From positions 6,699-70,698 of the forward strand of contig JBELBV010000006.1 in NCBI GenBank assembly GCA_042095135.1: DNA of 64,000 nt, read 5' to 3'. This DNA is from Flavobacteriales bacterium (GTDB taxonomy: Bacteria > Bacteroidota > Bacteroidia > Flavobacteriales_D > Sanyastnellaceae). The position numbers and the translations under genes were made by a program. The notes beneath the pieces are model-generated. The model ran no database searches and was not told the origin of the DNA. It saw nothing but the letters and a program-made list of their open reading frames with translations. Positions within the stretch are counted from its first letter, which is position 1. Every line of letters starts with the position of its first letter. Shown here piece after piece: positions 1 through 8,960 of the stretch.

Positions 1-531
1 CCGGTCCATTACCACACCGGTAACCACGACCTGTGGACATACGGTTACCTTGAAGAAGAGCTGGGCCTACATCTGCACCGCGACCCCATCATCCGTGAAT
101 TCGATGGCCTGACCTGCATGATCGGGCACGGCGACGGACTCGGTCCGGGAGACTACGGCTACAAGCGCATCAAAAAAGTCTTCACTTCGCCCCTGTTGCA
201 ATGGGCATTCCGTTGGGTGCATCCCGACCTCGGCATTCCGTTGGCGGATTTCCTATCCAAGGACAGCCGAGCCAAAGGCGGAAAAGAAGACGCCACCTTC
301 CAATCGCCCGAAAACGAATGGCTCTGGTCCTACTGCAAAGAAATCCTGAATACCCAGGACATCGATTGCTTCATTTTCGGCCACCGCCACCTGCCACTTG
401 ACCTCGAGGTGCCTCGTCCATCTGGTGCGTCACCATCGCACCCTGCTCGGTACATCAACCTGGGCGACTGGATTCGGCATTTCACGTGTGGCAAGGTGGT
501 GGACGGAACTGCGTCGTTGCTTCACCTTTGA
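1..531 (+). CDS. lpxH: UDP-2,3-diacylglucosamine diphosphatase (LpxH-type metallophosphoesterase), 5'-truncated by window edge
   Basis: Frame 1 is open from base 1 (PVHYHTGNHDLW...). It contains calcineurin-like phosphoesterase motifs GNHD, GHGD and GHRH. The stretch KRIKKVFTSPLLQWAFRWVHPD is typical of LpxH. Stop at 529-531. Confidence 0.8.
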   Translation, partial: PVHYHTGNHDLWTYGYLEEELGLHLHRDPIIREFDGLTCMIGHGDGLGPGDYGYKRIKKVFTSPLLQWAFRWVHPDLGIPLADFLSKDSRAKGGKEDATFQSPENEWLWSYCKEILNTQDIDCFIFGHRHLPLDLEVPRPSGASPSHPARYINLGDWIRHFTCGKVVDGTASLLHL

Positions 532-550
532 TTCCCTCGGCAAGCGGACA

Positions 551-581
551 AAAAAAATCCCCAGCCTTGAGGCCAGGGATT
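551..581 (-). terminator. Imperfect hairpin with flanking A/T run between convergent lpxH and the BNR-repeat gene
   Basis: AATCCC..GCC ttga GGC..GGGATT stem with a 2x2 internal loop. It is preceded on the plus strand by a 7-A run, which is a T-run on the minus strand downstream of the gene ending at 603. Confidence 0.45.
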
Positions 582-602
582 CTTCAATTCATTTTCTAGC
601 GA

Positions 603-3600
603 TCAGTGGCGGACCAAGAGCTTCGCAGTCTCTTGGAACTGGCCGTTGACCAAGCGTACTATGTACTGCCCATTGGGCAATGTGCTCGCATCCACAACCA
701 ATGGACCACCAACGTAACCGGTCACAGACTGGTCAACCGCCAAGCGGCCCGTCAAGTCGAACACTTGCAACTGGAAGTCGCCTATCATCGCATCTGACTG
801 GATCGTGAAGTTCGCGTCGCTGACCGGGTTGGGGTACACCAACAAGCCCTGTGCTTGCGTTGCTACGTCCTCGTCGAGGTCTTCAACGTCCAAGAACAAG
901 TCCGATCGGAAAATGCCACGTCCGTGCGTCGCTGCGTAGATGGCGCCTTGGTTTGATGGATTGACCCAAGGTGCAGCACCGCGCCACTGTTGCTTCAAGT
1001 CGAAGACTGGAGCGGTCGGTTGGTCGGGTGCAGAAGCCATGTTTTGGTTGGACATGACCCAATCTTCGCCGCCGTTGTCCGTGGCGAAGATGCCGTACTC
1101 CGTACCGATCAAAATGGTCTCACCAGAAGGGTCCATGGCGTCGATGATGACGTCGTAGCAAGGCAACTTACCCAAACCGCTGACATTCCAGATGTTCGTC
1201 CAGTCGACGTCCTCATCCAGTGCGTTGAAGGTCTCTTGAACTTTACCCGAAGAAACGGTACCATAACCACCCACCGTGATGACCACGTGGTTGGGGTTGT
1301 TTGCATCGACAGAGATGCCCGTGATGGCCGCGCCCACCGTTTGGATGAGCTTGCCCATGTTCGACGGCACATCGTCCTGCGTATAGATGTCCTCCATTCC
1401 GGAGAAGCGGTACAGCTTACCGTCCCAACCGCTCACAAACATGTGGTTTCCTGCTTCTGGTTCGACGTTTACCGTGAACTCGACAGCCTTTGTACCAGTT
1501 CCGGCAGGGGCGTTGCCCAAGCGAATCCAATCCGGTGTTGTGTTGAAGTTCAACCCGTCCCTTGTCATCCAAATGCCGTTGCCGCCATTGAAACCGGCAA
1601 TGGTCATGGTGGTATACGGGTCGCGCACCTTCAAGCGGCCAGCCACATCAAACAACGTATCCGCAGCGTGGAAGTAAACGGTGTCGCATACTTCCATGAC
1701 GTCGTACACCTCCACTTCTGCAAAGGTGGTGTCGTAGCCCACCGTGTTGTACACCCACTCGTCCCATTCCTCGATGTAAACTGAATCTACCAATGGCGTA
1801 ATGTCCGTGATGACCATTTCTGTACCTGTCAAGGTGCTGTCCGCGTAGCAATCCAATTGCTCAACAGCCTCCTGCGGGTCCAACCAGAAGTAGTCAGGAT
1901 CTTCCGTCAGCGGAAAGTTTAGTATGCGCTCAGGACGCTCCAACATGTCGTAGTAAGGGAGCTCTACACCCTCGGGCAACGTGTATTCAAAGTCCAAGTT
2001 CTGGTTGGACGTGGACAACACAAACGTGCTGTCTGTTACGGTCTCTCCGTAAGGGTTCACCAAAATAATCTCACGATCCGTATCAGGGTCGTCGGTGTTT
2101 TCGTACAAACGAACCACCGAGTAGAATTGGCCAATCTCACCTTCCGTGTTAGCCAAGTCGATGATGTTGGCATCCCAGAAGTCACCATAGTTCGCGATGG
2201 AACCTGGCGCCACCGTACCGCGGGACAAGCCACCATTCTGGGAAGTAGCGTAAAACGCGTACTCGTAGCCTTCTGCTTCGGTGATTTGCGAGATAGCGCA
2301 ATCAAAACCGTCACCGCCCTGTACTTCCACCGCTTCCTGGTCGCTCAAGAAGTAACCGCTAGCTGGGATGAACAAGGAGCCGTTATCCTGCGTTCCACCC
2401 ATAGCAGCGCTGCGCGCACTGTGATCCATGCCGTAGAACTGAGTCACTGCGAGGTCCCGGTTGATGTCGATGTAGGTTTCGCCACCGTTGGTGCTTTTGT
2501 ATATACCACCGTCGGTCGCCACATACATGTTGCCAGAAGGCGTGAACATCACCTCGTGGACGTCTGCGTGGACATCGATATCCGTTCCAGCAAAGTCGAA
2601 GGCATACGCAGCCAACTCAGCTTGCTGGTTGGGACCCGAACGCCACAATTCGATACCACCTACGTAAGCCAAATCCGGCTGACCTTGAGCAATGCCCAAT
2701 GCCAAATCGTAAATACCTTGGTTACGTGGAAGTGGGGTGGCCTCGAGGATGTCGTTGGGCCAGACATTCGACCATGTCTCCACTTGACCAGCGTTGTCTG
2801 AATGGTACAGGCCTCCAAACGAACCACCGCTGGTGGCGAAAACAGCAAACGCGTGGTTGGGGTCATCAATGCTGATGTCAACCCGTACGCGGCCGTTGCC
2901 TGACTGAGGCAATACCGTGTCGTCGTTGTTTGAACCTGAAACGTTGTTGAATGAAGTGAAGTCGCTGCCCTCACTGCGGAACACGCGGCAGTTGCCCATT
3001 CCGATCAACATGTATGAACCATCCTGAGCCACAGCGATGTCCGCAACGGCACCGCTGATGTCGTTGCTGGGGCTCATGGTCATCACACCATTCTCAATGA
3101 AGCCGAATCCAGCGTTGCAACCGAACCAAACCCGGTCCTCGTCGTTGGGGTCAGCCACCATGGCATCTACCGCAGCGAAGTTGCCTGAACCGAATTCACC
3201 GGGGTCGGTTCCTTCGACCATTTCGAAGTTCTCACCGTCTGCAGACCAGTAAATGCCACGTCCGCGGAATGAACTTCCGCCTTCGCCGCCGCCTCCTTCG
3301 AACAACGAACCCGAACCCACGTAAACGTGGCCGTTCTTGGTGATGCCGATGGAGCCGATCATCATCTGGTCGATACCAAACACTTGGTTCCAGTCATTGC
3401 CTCCATTGTAACTCTTCCACAATCCACCGGATACAGAACCTGCGTAGAGCACTTGCTCCTCGCTTCCGTCCTCGGGGATAATGGCGGCAATGGCGCGAAC
3501 ACGGCCCCCGATGTTATCGGGACCCATTTCGTTCCAGTAGTGCTCAGTCGCTCGGCTGTTGCTGGATTGGTTGGCGGCGAATCGCTCCACCTCATGGCGG

Positions 3601-3830
3601 AGTTCACGCAAACCGTCTTCGTTCATTTCGCCGGTCTCGATGTCGCCGCGCAGCAATTTTTGGATTTCCCAAGCGCCTTCAGGCGATTGAGCAGGCTGGG
3701 CAGCGGCACGGGGAGCGTACGTAGCTTGATCCGAAACAGCAGCAACAGGATCAGTGGAGTTGCTCACTTGCCAACCCGCAAAAGCGAGAACGGCAGCAGC
3801 AGAAGCAGTGAATACAGATTTCAATTGCAT
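603..3830 (-). CDS. Large secreted BNR/Asp-box (sortilin/VPS10- or GH74-like) repeat protein with T9SS C-terminal sorting domain
   Basis: 1094-aa ORF. The likely start is the internal ATG at 3830 (MQLKSVFTASAAAVLAFAG = signal peptide). Repeated Asp-box-like motifs: GGLWKSYNGGNDW, GGIYKSTNGGETY, GIFATDNGGEDW. The C-terminus LLVYPNPVSDANFTIQ...GQYIVRLV matches the type-A T9SS CTD pattern. Confidence 0.8.
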   Translation of the reverse strand: MQLKSVFTASAAAVLAFAGWQVSNSTDPVAAVSDQATYAPRAAAQPAQSPEGAWEIQKLLRGDIETGEMNEDGLRELRHEVERFAANQSSNSRATEHYWNEMGPDNIGGRVRAIAAIIPEDGSEEQVLYAGSVSGGLWKSYNGGNDWNQVFGIDQMMIGSIGITKNGHVYVGSGSLFEGGGGEGGSSFRGRGIYWSADGENFEMVEGTDPGEFGSGNFAAVDAMVADPNDEDRVWFGCNAGFGFIENGVMTMSPSNDISGAVADIAVAQDGSYMLIGMGNCRVFRSEGSDFTSFNNVSGSNNDDTVLPQSGNGRVRVDISIDDPNHAFAVFATSGGSFGGLYHSDNAGQVETWSNVWPNDILEATPLPRNQGIYDLALGIAQGQPDLAYVGGIELWRSGPNQQAELAAYAFDFAGTDIDVHADVHEVMFTPSGNMYVATDGGIYKSTNGGETYIDINRDLAVTQFYGMDHSARSAAMGGTQDNGSLFIPASGYFLSDQEAVEVQGGDGFDCAISQITEAEGYEYAFYATSQNGGLSRGTVAPGSIANYGDFWDANIIDLANTEGEIGQFYSVVRLYENTDDPDTDREIILVNPYGETVTDSTFVLSTSNQNLDFEYTLPEGVELPYYDMLERPERILNFPLTEDPDYFWLDPQEAVEQLDCYADSTLTGTEMVITDITPLVDSVYIEEWDEWVYNTVGYDTTFAEVEVYDVMEVCDTVYFHAADTLFDVAGRLKVRDPYTTMTIAGFNGGNGIWMTRDGLNFNTTPDWIRLGNAPAGTGTKAVEFTVNVEPEAGNHMFVSGWDGKLYRFSGMEDIYTQDDVPSNMGKLIQTVGAAITGISVDANNPNHVVITVGGYGTVSSGKVQETFNALDEDVDWTNIWNVSGLGKLPCYDVIIDAMDPSGETILIGTEYGIFATDNGGEDWVMSNQNMASAPDQPTAPVFDLKQQWRGAAPWVNPSNQGAIYAATHGRGIFRSDLFLDVEDLDEDVATQAQGLLVYPNPVSDANFTIQSDAMIGDFQLQVFDLTGRLAVDQSVTGYVGGPLVVDASTLPNGQYIVRLVNGQFQETAKLLVRH

Positions 3831-3983
3831 GGTCTGAGTTTTGTCAATCAGGAGTTCGAAAGTTACAACAAACGAAACGCCTGTCAACTGATTCTGTTCA
3901 CGACTTCCGCACCAAATTCAGGCTGAGGGGAATAAGCCGCAGTAAAGCGAGATAGAACGCCAGTTTGCCGCTTTGCGCGGTCG

Positions 3984-4865
3984 TTATATCAGGTGCTTTT
4001 CTGCGTGGTAGCTGGAGCGCACCAGCGGCCCACTTTCGACATAGCGAAAGCCTTTTTCCAACCCAATTTTCTTCAACTCGGCAAAGGTATCGGGGTGGAT
4101 GAATTCGACCACTGGCAAGTGTTTTGGCGTCGGCTGCAAGTATTGCCCCAATGTGAGGATTTGGCAGTCGACGCTGCGGAGGTCGTCCATGGTTTCTACC
4201 ACTTCTTCGAACGATTCTCCCAAGCCCAGCATTACGCCTGACTTTGTTTTGATGCCGGCTTGTCGCAAGCGGCGCAACACTTCGAGGCTGCGGTCGTATT
4301 TGGCTTGGATGCGCACCTCTTTGGTCAATCGGCGCACCGTTTCTAGGTTGTGCGAGACAACCTCCGGAGCCACTTGAATGATGCGGGCGAGGTTTTCCCA
4401 CTTGCCGGCAAAATCCGGAATCAAGGTCTCGAGCGTGGTCCCTGGGCTTTGGTGGCGAATGGCACGCACAGTTTGCGCCCAAATTTCACTGCCGCCATCG
4501 GTCAAATCATCCCGGTCAACGGAGGTGATGACCGCGTGCTTGACGTTCATCAGCTTGACCGAATTGGCCACACGGCCCGGTTCAAACGGATCGGCCTCGA
4601 GGGGCTTTCCCGTCGCCACGTTACAAAAGCCGCACGAACGCGTGCAGATGTTTCCGAGGATCATAAAGGTCGCTGTCCCCGCCCCCCAGCATTCGCCCAT
4701 GTTAGGGCAATGTCCGCTTTCGCAGATGGTGTGGAGTTTGTGTTCCGAGACGATGTCCCGCACTTCCTTGTACGCTTGACCCGTTGGCAACTTCACCCGC
4801 AGCCACTTGGGCTTGGGCACGCGTTGGGGAGCGTTTTCAGACGTAGGAGTCGAAGGCGTTGTCAT
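3984..4865 (-). CDS. lipA: Lipoyl synthase
   Basis: 293 aa. Radical-SAM [10 protein letters not shown] motif plus the N-terminal auxiliary cluster motif [13 protein letters not shown]. Full-length resemblance to LipA. Confidence 0.96.
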   Translation of the reverse strand: MTTPSTPTSENAPQRVPKPKWLRVKLPTGQAYKEVRDIVSEHKLHTICESGHCPNMGECWGAGTATFMILGNICTRSCGFCNVATGKPLEADPFEPGRVANSVKLMNVKHAVITSVDRDDLTDGGSEIWAQTVRAIRHQSPGTTLETLIPDFAGKWENLARIIQVAPEVVSHNLETVRRLTKEVRIQAKYDRSLEVLRRLRQAGIKTKSGVMLGLGESFEEVVETMDDLRSVDCQILTLGQYLQPTPKHLPVVEFIHPDTFAELKKIGLEKGFRYVESGPLVRSSYHAEKHLI

Positions 4866-4868
4866 AGC

Positions 4869-5675
4869 TTACCGGGTCCAGTTTCTTCCGACCTCAAAGG
4901 TCGCAAATAAGGTGACAAACAAGCGGTTGTTCTGTTCAAACTTCTCAGCGAAGACCTCAGGTGCCAGAAGGAAGGCGTCAACCGACACACCCGTTGTCAG
5001 CGCCTTGGGCATGAACCGCTCGTCTCCGTATTCAAAATCCAATCCATACGTGGCGTGCAATCCGGGCACCACGGTCAACTCGTCCAGCCCATTGCTCCAG
5101 TCCGCCCGGCCGTAGATGTTGTCCGAAAAATGAGCGTCGGGGTCGTACCGTTCTGTCGCCGTGTAATCGTAGGGAATGTCCGGGTACCCAATTTCGAGGT
5201 AGATCGGTTTCAATACACCGAGGGCGGCACCGGCTTTCCAAAACGTACTGAATCGAACGGCATCGCGGCGCAATTTTTCGGCACGAAGGTTCTGCTTTCC
5301 GTACCAGAGCCTCAGGATTTGCAGGGTGTTTTGTTTGCCGTAGACGTAAGGACGACCGTTTTCATAAATGGGATTGGTCGTCTGGATTTCCTTGGGATGC
5401 TTGAAGTAGGCCAGGTCAACGCCTATGTTGCGCACGGCAAACGCGTTGAGGTAATATCCACGTCGGGCGGTGATGCCGATGCCTTGAGTGTGAAACAACA
5501 CTCCCACCTGGTATTCATCTGTTAGCGGAATGTTGACCTTACCGTCTCGGTACACCGCTTGGTCGCCCGTCAACGGCTGCTCGCCCCTTTGAGCGCTCGC
5601 CGCATTGACGCCCAAAAAGCAGCCCAAGAGCAGAATGCCATGTGCAAGAATTGAGCAAAAGTAGCGGGCGGTCAT
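4869..5675 (-). CDS. Hypothetical outer-membrane (beta-barrel-like) protein with signal peptide
   Basis: 268-aa ORF with N-terminal signal peptide (ILLLGCFLGVNAASAQ). Alternating aromatic/hydrophilic pattern and an aromatic-rich C-terminus. Its stop is 3 nt upstream of the lipA start. Confidence 0.65.
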   Translation of the reverse strand: MTARYFCSILAHGILLLGCFLGVNAASAQRGEQPLTGDQAVYRDGKVNIPLTDEYQVGVLFHTQGIGITARRGYYLNAFAVRNIGVDLAYFKHPKEIQTTNPIYENGRPYVYGKQNTLQILRLWYGKQNLRAEKLRRDAVRFSTFWKAGAALGVLKPIYLEIGYPDIPYDYTATERYDPDAHFSDNIYGRADWSNGLDELTVVPGLHATYGLDFEYGDERFMPKALTTGVSVDAFLLAPEVFAEKFEQNNRLFVTLFATFEVGRNWTR

Positions 5676-5741
5676 GGCTCAAATTTAGTCCGGAATCCGT
5701 TACTTCATGGTCCGTTTGCAAGCATTAAGAAAGCCGTTGTT

Positions 5742-6161
5742 ATGATCACATCCGCACCCCAATACACCCTCTCGTACGAAGGCCAGTTGCGCACAACCGT
5801 GAAACACCTTCAATCCAACAGTGAAATCATTACGGATGCGCCAGTGGACAACCGCGGCAAAGGGGAGTCGTTTTCACCCACTGATCTGGTCAGCTCCGCG
5901 TTGGCCAGTTGCGTTATGACCATCATGGCCATCAAAGCAGGGGATATGGGATACGAGTCCATCAAAATGGACGCACGCGTATGGAAAACAATGGCTTCCA
6001 ACCCACGACGCATTGCCAGAATCCGAGTCGAACTGGACTTAAACATCACGGGAATCACCGATCAACACAAGTTGATTTTAGAGCGCACGACGAGAGCGTG
6101 TCCCGTGGCGCGATCGCTGCACCCGGACACGCATGAAGAGGTCGTTTTTAATTGGCAGTGA
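5742..6161 (+). CDS. OsmC/Ohr family peroxiredoxin-like protein
   Basis: 139 aa. Has the OsmC-family size and pattern (SPTDLVSSALASCVMT ... TRACPVARSL) with the two conserved Cys. Confidence 0.8.
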   Translation: MITSAPQYTLSYEGQLRTTVKHLQSNSEIITDAPVDNRGKGESFSPTDLVSSALASCVMTIMAIKAGDMGYESIKMDARVWKTMASNPRRIARIRVELDLNITGITDQHKLILERTTRACPVARSLHPDTHEEVVFNWQ

Positions 6162-6278
6162 TCACTCGCACACTTCCACTTCTGCGTACGCGGCACAAGC
6201 GGAGTAACTCGTCGCACAAGAAGCGAAGAGCGATGCGGCCAACACCAGGCCAATGGTCCATTGAAAAAACCGTTTCAT
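6162..6278 (-). CDS. Candidate 38-aa Cys-rich small lipoprotein (not in ORF track)
   Basis: Hand translation of the minus strand gives MKRFFQWTIGLVLAASLFASCATSYSACAAYAEVEVCE*. ATG start, hydrophobic signal and a lipobox-like LFASC. Its stop abuts the OsmC stop. No homology evidence is available. Confidence 0.3.
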   Translation of the reverse strand: MKRFFQWTIGLVLAASLFASCATSYSACAAYAEVEVCE

Positions 6279-6339
6279 CTTTCGGTTGTTAAAAGTTCAA
6301 TATCCACTACGGGTGAACGCCTACGAAGGTTGCGTTTAG

Positions 6340-7704
6340 ATGTATATTCCGCTCATGGAGTCGTCGCAACTTATCACCATCCTCATCTTAATACTCGCAT
6401 TGCTAACCGCCGGAATCCTACTGCTGGCAAGGCAATTGGCGCGTCGAGGAAGCGACTCCATCACCTCCGATCCCGAAGCCGAACGGTTACGATTTGACCG
6501 CGACCAATTGCAGGAAGATTTGGAACGGACCCGCGAGGAATTGTCCGGTACACGCAAGGAACTGCAAGCGGCCATCGAGGCCCGCGGCAAGGCCGAACAG
6601 CGCTACGAAGACCACGCGCATGAAGCCGAGAACCGCAGAACCGAACTGAAGCAGGAGTTCGACTTGCTGGCGCGGGACATCATTGAAAAGAACGCCGAAC
6701 GCCACCAAAAACACCTCAGCGAAGGCGGAAAAGAAACGCTGTCCGCCGTGGTCAGACCCATTCAGGAAAAGTTCATCGAGTTGCAAAACCAGATGAACAA
6801 ATTTTATGGCGACGAACGTGAACAGCTGGGGCAGCTGGACAAAGAACTCGAGAAGCTATTCTCCCTCAACCAAAGCCTGCAGGCAGAAGCAAAGCACCTC
6901 ACCAACGCCTTGAAGGGCGAATCGAAGGTGCAAGGTGACTGGGGCGAATACCAATTGGAGCGCATCCTCGAACAAGTAGGGCTCGTGGAGGGCATTCATT
7001 ACTCGAAGCAGTCGTCTCAACGCGACGAGGATGGCAAACTGTACCGCCCAGATTTCCTCATCTACCTCCCCGATGACAAGGTGCTCATCATCGACAGTAA
7101 GGTTAGCTTGACTGCGTACGAGCGCATGACGCAGGCCGACGACCCCGCCATCATAGAGCAGGAACGAACGTCGCACGCCTCAAGTGTTTCGGCACATATC
7201 AAAGGATTGGGCAAAAAGAACTACGCCGAATTGTACGGAAAAAGCACGGACTACACCCTGATGTTCATGCCCGTCGAGGCCTCGTGGGTGGCATTGGGCC
7301 AGCACCTGCTCAAGTTGCAAGAAGAAGCCCTGAGCCAGAACGTTCTACTCGTTTCCACCAGCACCTTGATTGCCACCTTGCGCACCATTAGCTACGTTTG
7401 GCAACAGGAAGAGCAAAAGGCGAACATCCAGAAAATCGCAGAACGCGGGAGCAAGCTCTACCACCAGATCTATGCTTTTCTGGACGAATTCTCCAAAATC
7501 CGCACCCAGCTCACCCGGGCGCAGTCTTCTTACGACGACGCCCTCATAAAGTTGAAAGGTCGACAAGGCGCGCTGTACCAAGCTGAGCAAATGCGCGAAT
7601 TGGGCGTCAACGTCAAAGCGCGTATTCCGGAAGAATTCACAGCCGACCTTCCCACAGCACCGCTTGAACTTCCCGAAGAATCCACCGAACCGGAAAGCCC
7701 CTGA
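6340..7704 (+). CDS. rmuC: DNA recombination protein RmuC
   Basis: 454 aa. N-terminal TM segment, long coiled-coil, and a RmuC nuclease-like core (GDWGEYQLERILE..., RPDFLIYLPDDKVLIIDSKVSL). Confidence 0.88.
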   Translation: MYIPLMESSQLITILILILALLTAGILLLARQLARRGSDSITSDPEAERLRFDRDQLQEDLERTREELSGTRKELQAAIEARGKAEQRYEDHAHEAENRRTELKQEFDLLARDIIEKNAERHQKHLSEGGKETLSAVVRPIQEKFIELQNQMNKFYGDEREQLGQLDKELEKLFSLNQSLQAEAKHLTNALKGESKVQGDWGEYQLERILEQVGLVEGIHYSKQSSQRDEDGKLYRPDFLIYLPDDKVLIIDSKVSLTAYERMTQADDPAIIEQERTSHASSVSAHIKGLGKKNYAELYGKSTDYTLMFMPVEASWVALGQHLLKLQEEALSQNVLLVSTSTLIATLRTISYVWQQEEQKANIQKIAERGSKLYHQIYAFLDEFSKIRTQLTRAQSSYDDALIKLKGRQGALYQAEQMRELGVNVKARIPEEFTADLPTAPLELPEESTEPESP

Positions 7705-8948
7705 TGGTCCTGCGCACATCCTTTCTTCTGGCCACCGGCCTGATCATCTTGTTGCTCTCGAGCTGCGGAGCGTCGGGCACTTCTCTGGGGAAGTCCAACC
7801 AACGGCCATACGACTTCGAGGCGCATATCCTCCACCCAAAGTGTGCCGTACTGCCAGCTGGGATTGATAGCGTGGACGTGTACATCGAGTGGTCGCGTAA
7901 AGAAGCCTTGTTCCTCCGGGATTCGCCGCAAAGTCCCTTCACAGCGAATCTCCAACTGAAAGCCGGCACGTTTGAGGTAACGTGGAGGGATACTCTAGTG
8001 GATTTTGCTGCTCCATGGGACCGCAAACAGTGGCGTATTTCGCTTGCGGAGTTCGCTTCCGAATGGAACCAATCGACCAACCTCATTCCGATGCAGTTGG
8101 ATGATTTGCACCGAAACGCCGCCGCTACGTGGCGTGTGCCCCTGCCTCAACCAGGCATTCCCCGAACGCCTTTTCAAAGCGACGGCTGGCCAGTGCACGA
8201 CGGGTTTGCAATCGCAGGTGATACCCTCTATTTCGAGAGTATACCGGGAAGCCGTTGGCAACACGCGAGCATCAAAGTGCCAGAAGCCATGCCCGCCCCG
8301 CCGTTTTCTCAAGTCAAGGACAAGAGCGACACGCTCCAACCGGCTATCCGTTCCGATTGGAACACGGACGAAACTGGATGGAGTGGCTACATCGTGCAGC
8401 CCGGCATCAACGTAGTGGGCCAACCCACAGCGAGCGGCACACTACGCGTGGCGCACCGCATCGTCGGCACATCGGAAGACCACCCGTTGGTTCGGGACCT
8501 GCAGATCATGATCCAATCCAGTCGTTACATTACGTCCCGCAAAGAGTACGAGCGCATGATCCATGCCTCGGATCCCAAGGCGGCCCTCGACGCCTTCTGG
8601 CTCAGTTGCGGAAACGAAAAAGAAGCTTCGGCCACGATGATTGCAACCTATTACGGACGCGTGGAAGAGGCCAATCGGTACTTCTCTGGGGTGCATCCCG
8701 GATGGCGCACTGACCGCGGTATGGTGCACATCGTATTCGGGATTCCCAACAAGGTACGCCGAGGTTCGGACAGCGAATGGTGGATTTACGGCGAAGAAGG
8801 TTCAGCCAATGCCCTCGTCTTTCGATTTCTGCATGTCGAACACCCCTGGGACAACGAGTTTTACGTCCTGAGCCGAAGCATCCAATTTCGGTCGCCGTGG
8901 GACCGCATGGTCACAAATTGGCGCAACGGCCGCATCAAAGCGGATTGA
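7704..8948 (+). CDS. GWxTD domain-containing lipoprotein
   Basis: 414 aa. Lipoprotein signal (LLLSSCGASG). C-terminal GWRTDRGMVHIVFGIPNKV...WWIYG is the GWxTD signature. The start ATG overlaps the rmuC TGA (TGATG). Confidence 0.82.
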   Translation: MVLRTSFLLATGLIILLLSSCGASGTSLGKSNQRPYDFEAHILHPKCAVLPAGIDSVDVYIEWSRKEALFLRDSPQSPFTANLQLKAGTFEVTWRDTLVDFAAPWDRKQWRISLAEFASEWNQSTNLIPMQLDDLHRNAAATWRVPLPQPGIPRTPFQSDGWPVHDGFAIAGDTLYFESIPGSRWQHASIKVPEAMPAPPFSQVKDKSDTLQPAIRSDWNTDETGWSGYIVQPGINVVGQPTASGTLRVAHRIVGTSEDHPLVRDLQIMIQSSRYITSRKEYERMIHASDPKAALDAFWLSCGNEKEASATMIATYYGRVEEANRYFSGVHPGWRTDRGMVHIVFGIPNKVRRGSDSEWWIYGEEGSANALVFRFLHVEHPWDNEFYVLSRSIQFRSPWDRMVTNWRNGRIKAD

Positions 8949-8960
8949 TATCCGGTACCT

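Noticed and set aside
990-1784. A 264-aa plus-strand ORF, with several others between 600 and 3900.
   Set aside because: All lie antisense or out of frame within the 1094-aa BNR/T9SS gene, whose signal peptide, Asp-boxes and CTD identify the real frame.
3937-3952. A sigma-54-like element TGGCGTTCTATCTCGC on the minus strand, about 110 nt upstream of the BNR/T9SS gene.
   Set aside because: The GG-to-GC spacing is one nucleotide longer than the strict TGGCAC-N5-TTGC geometry, and both half-sites deviate from consensus. This is not enough to call a promoter.
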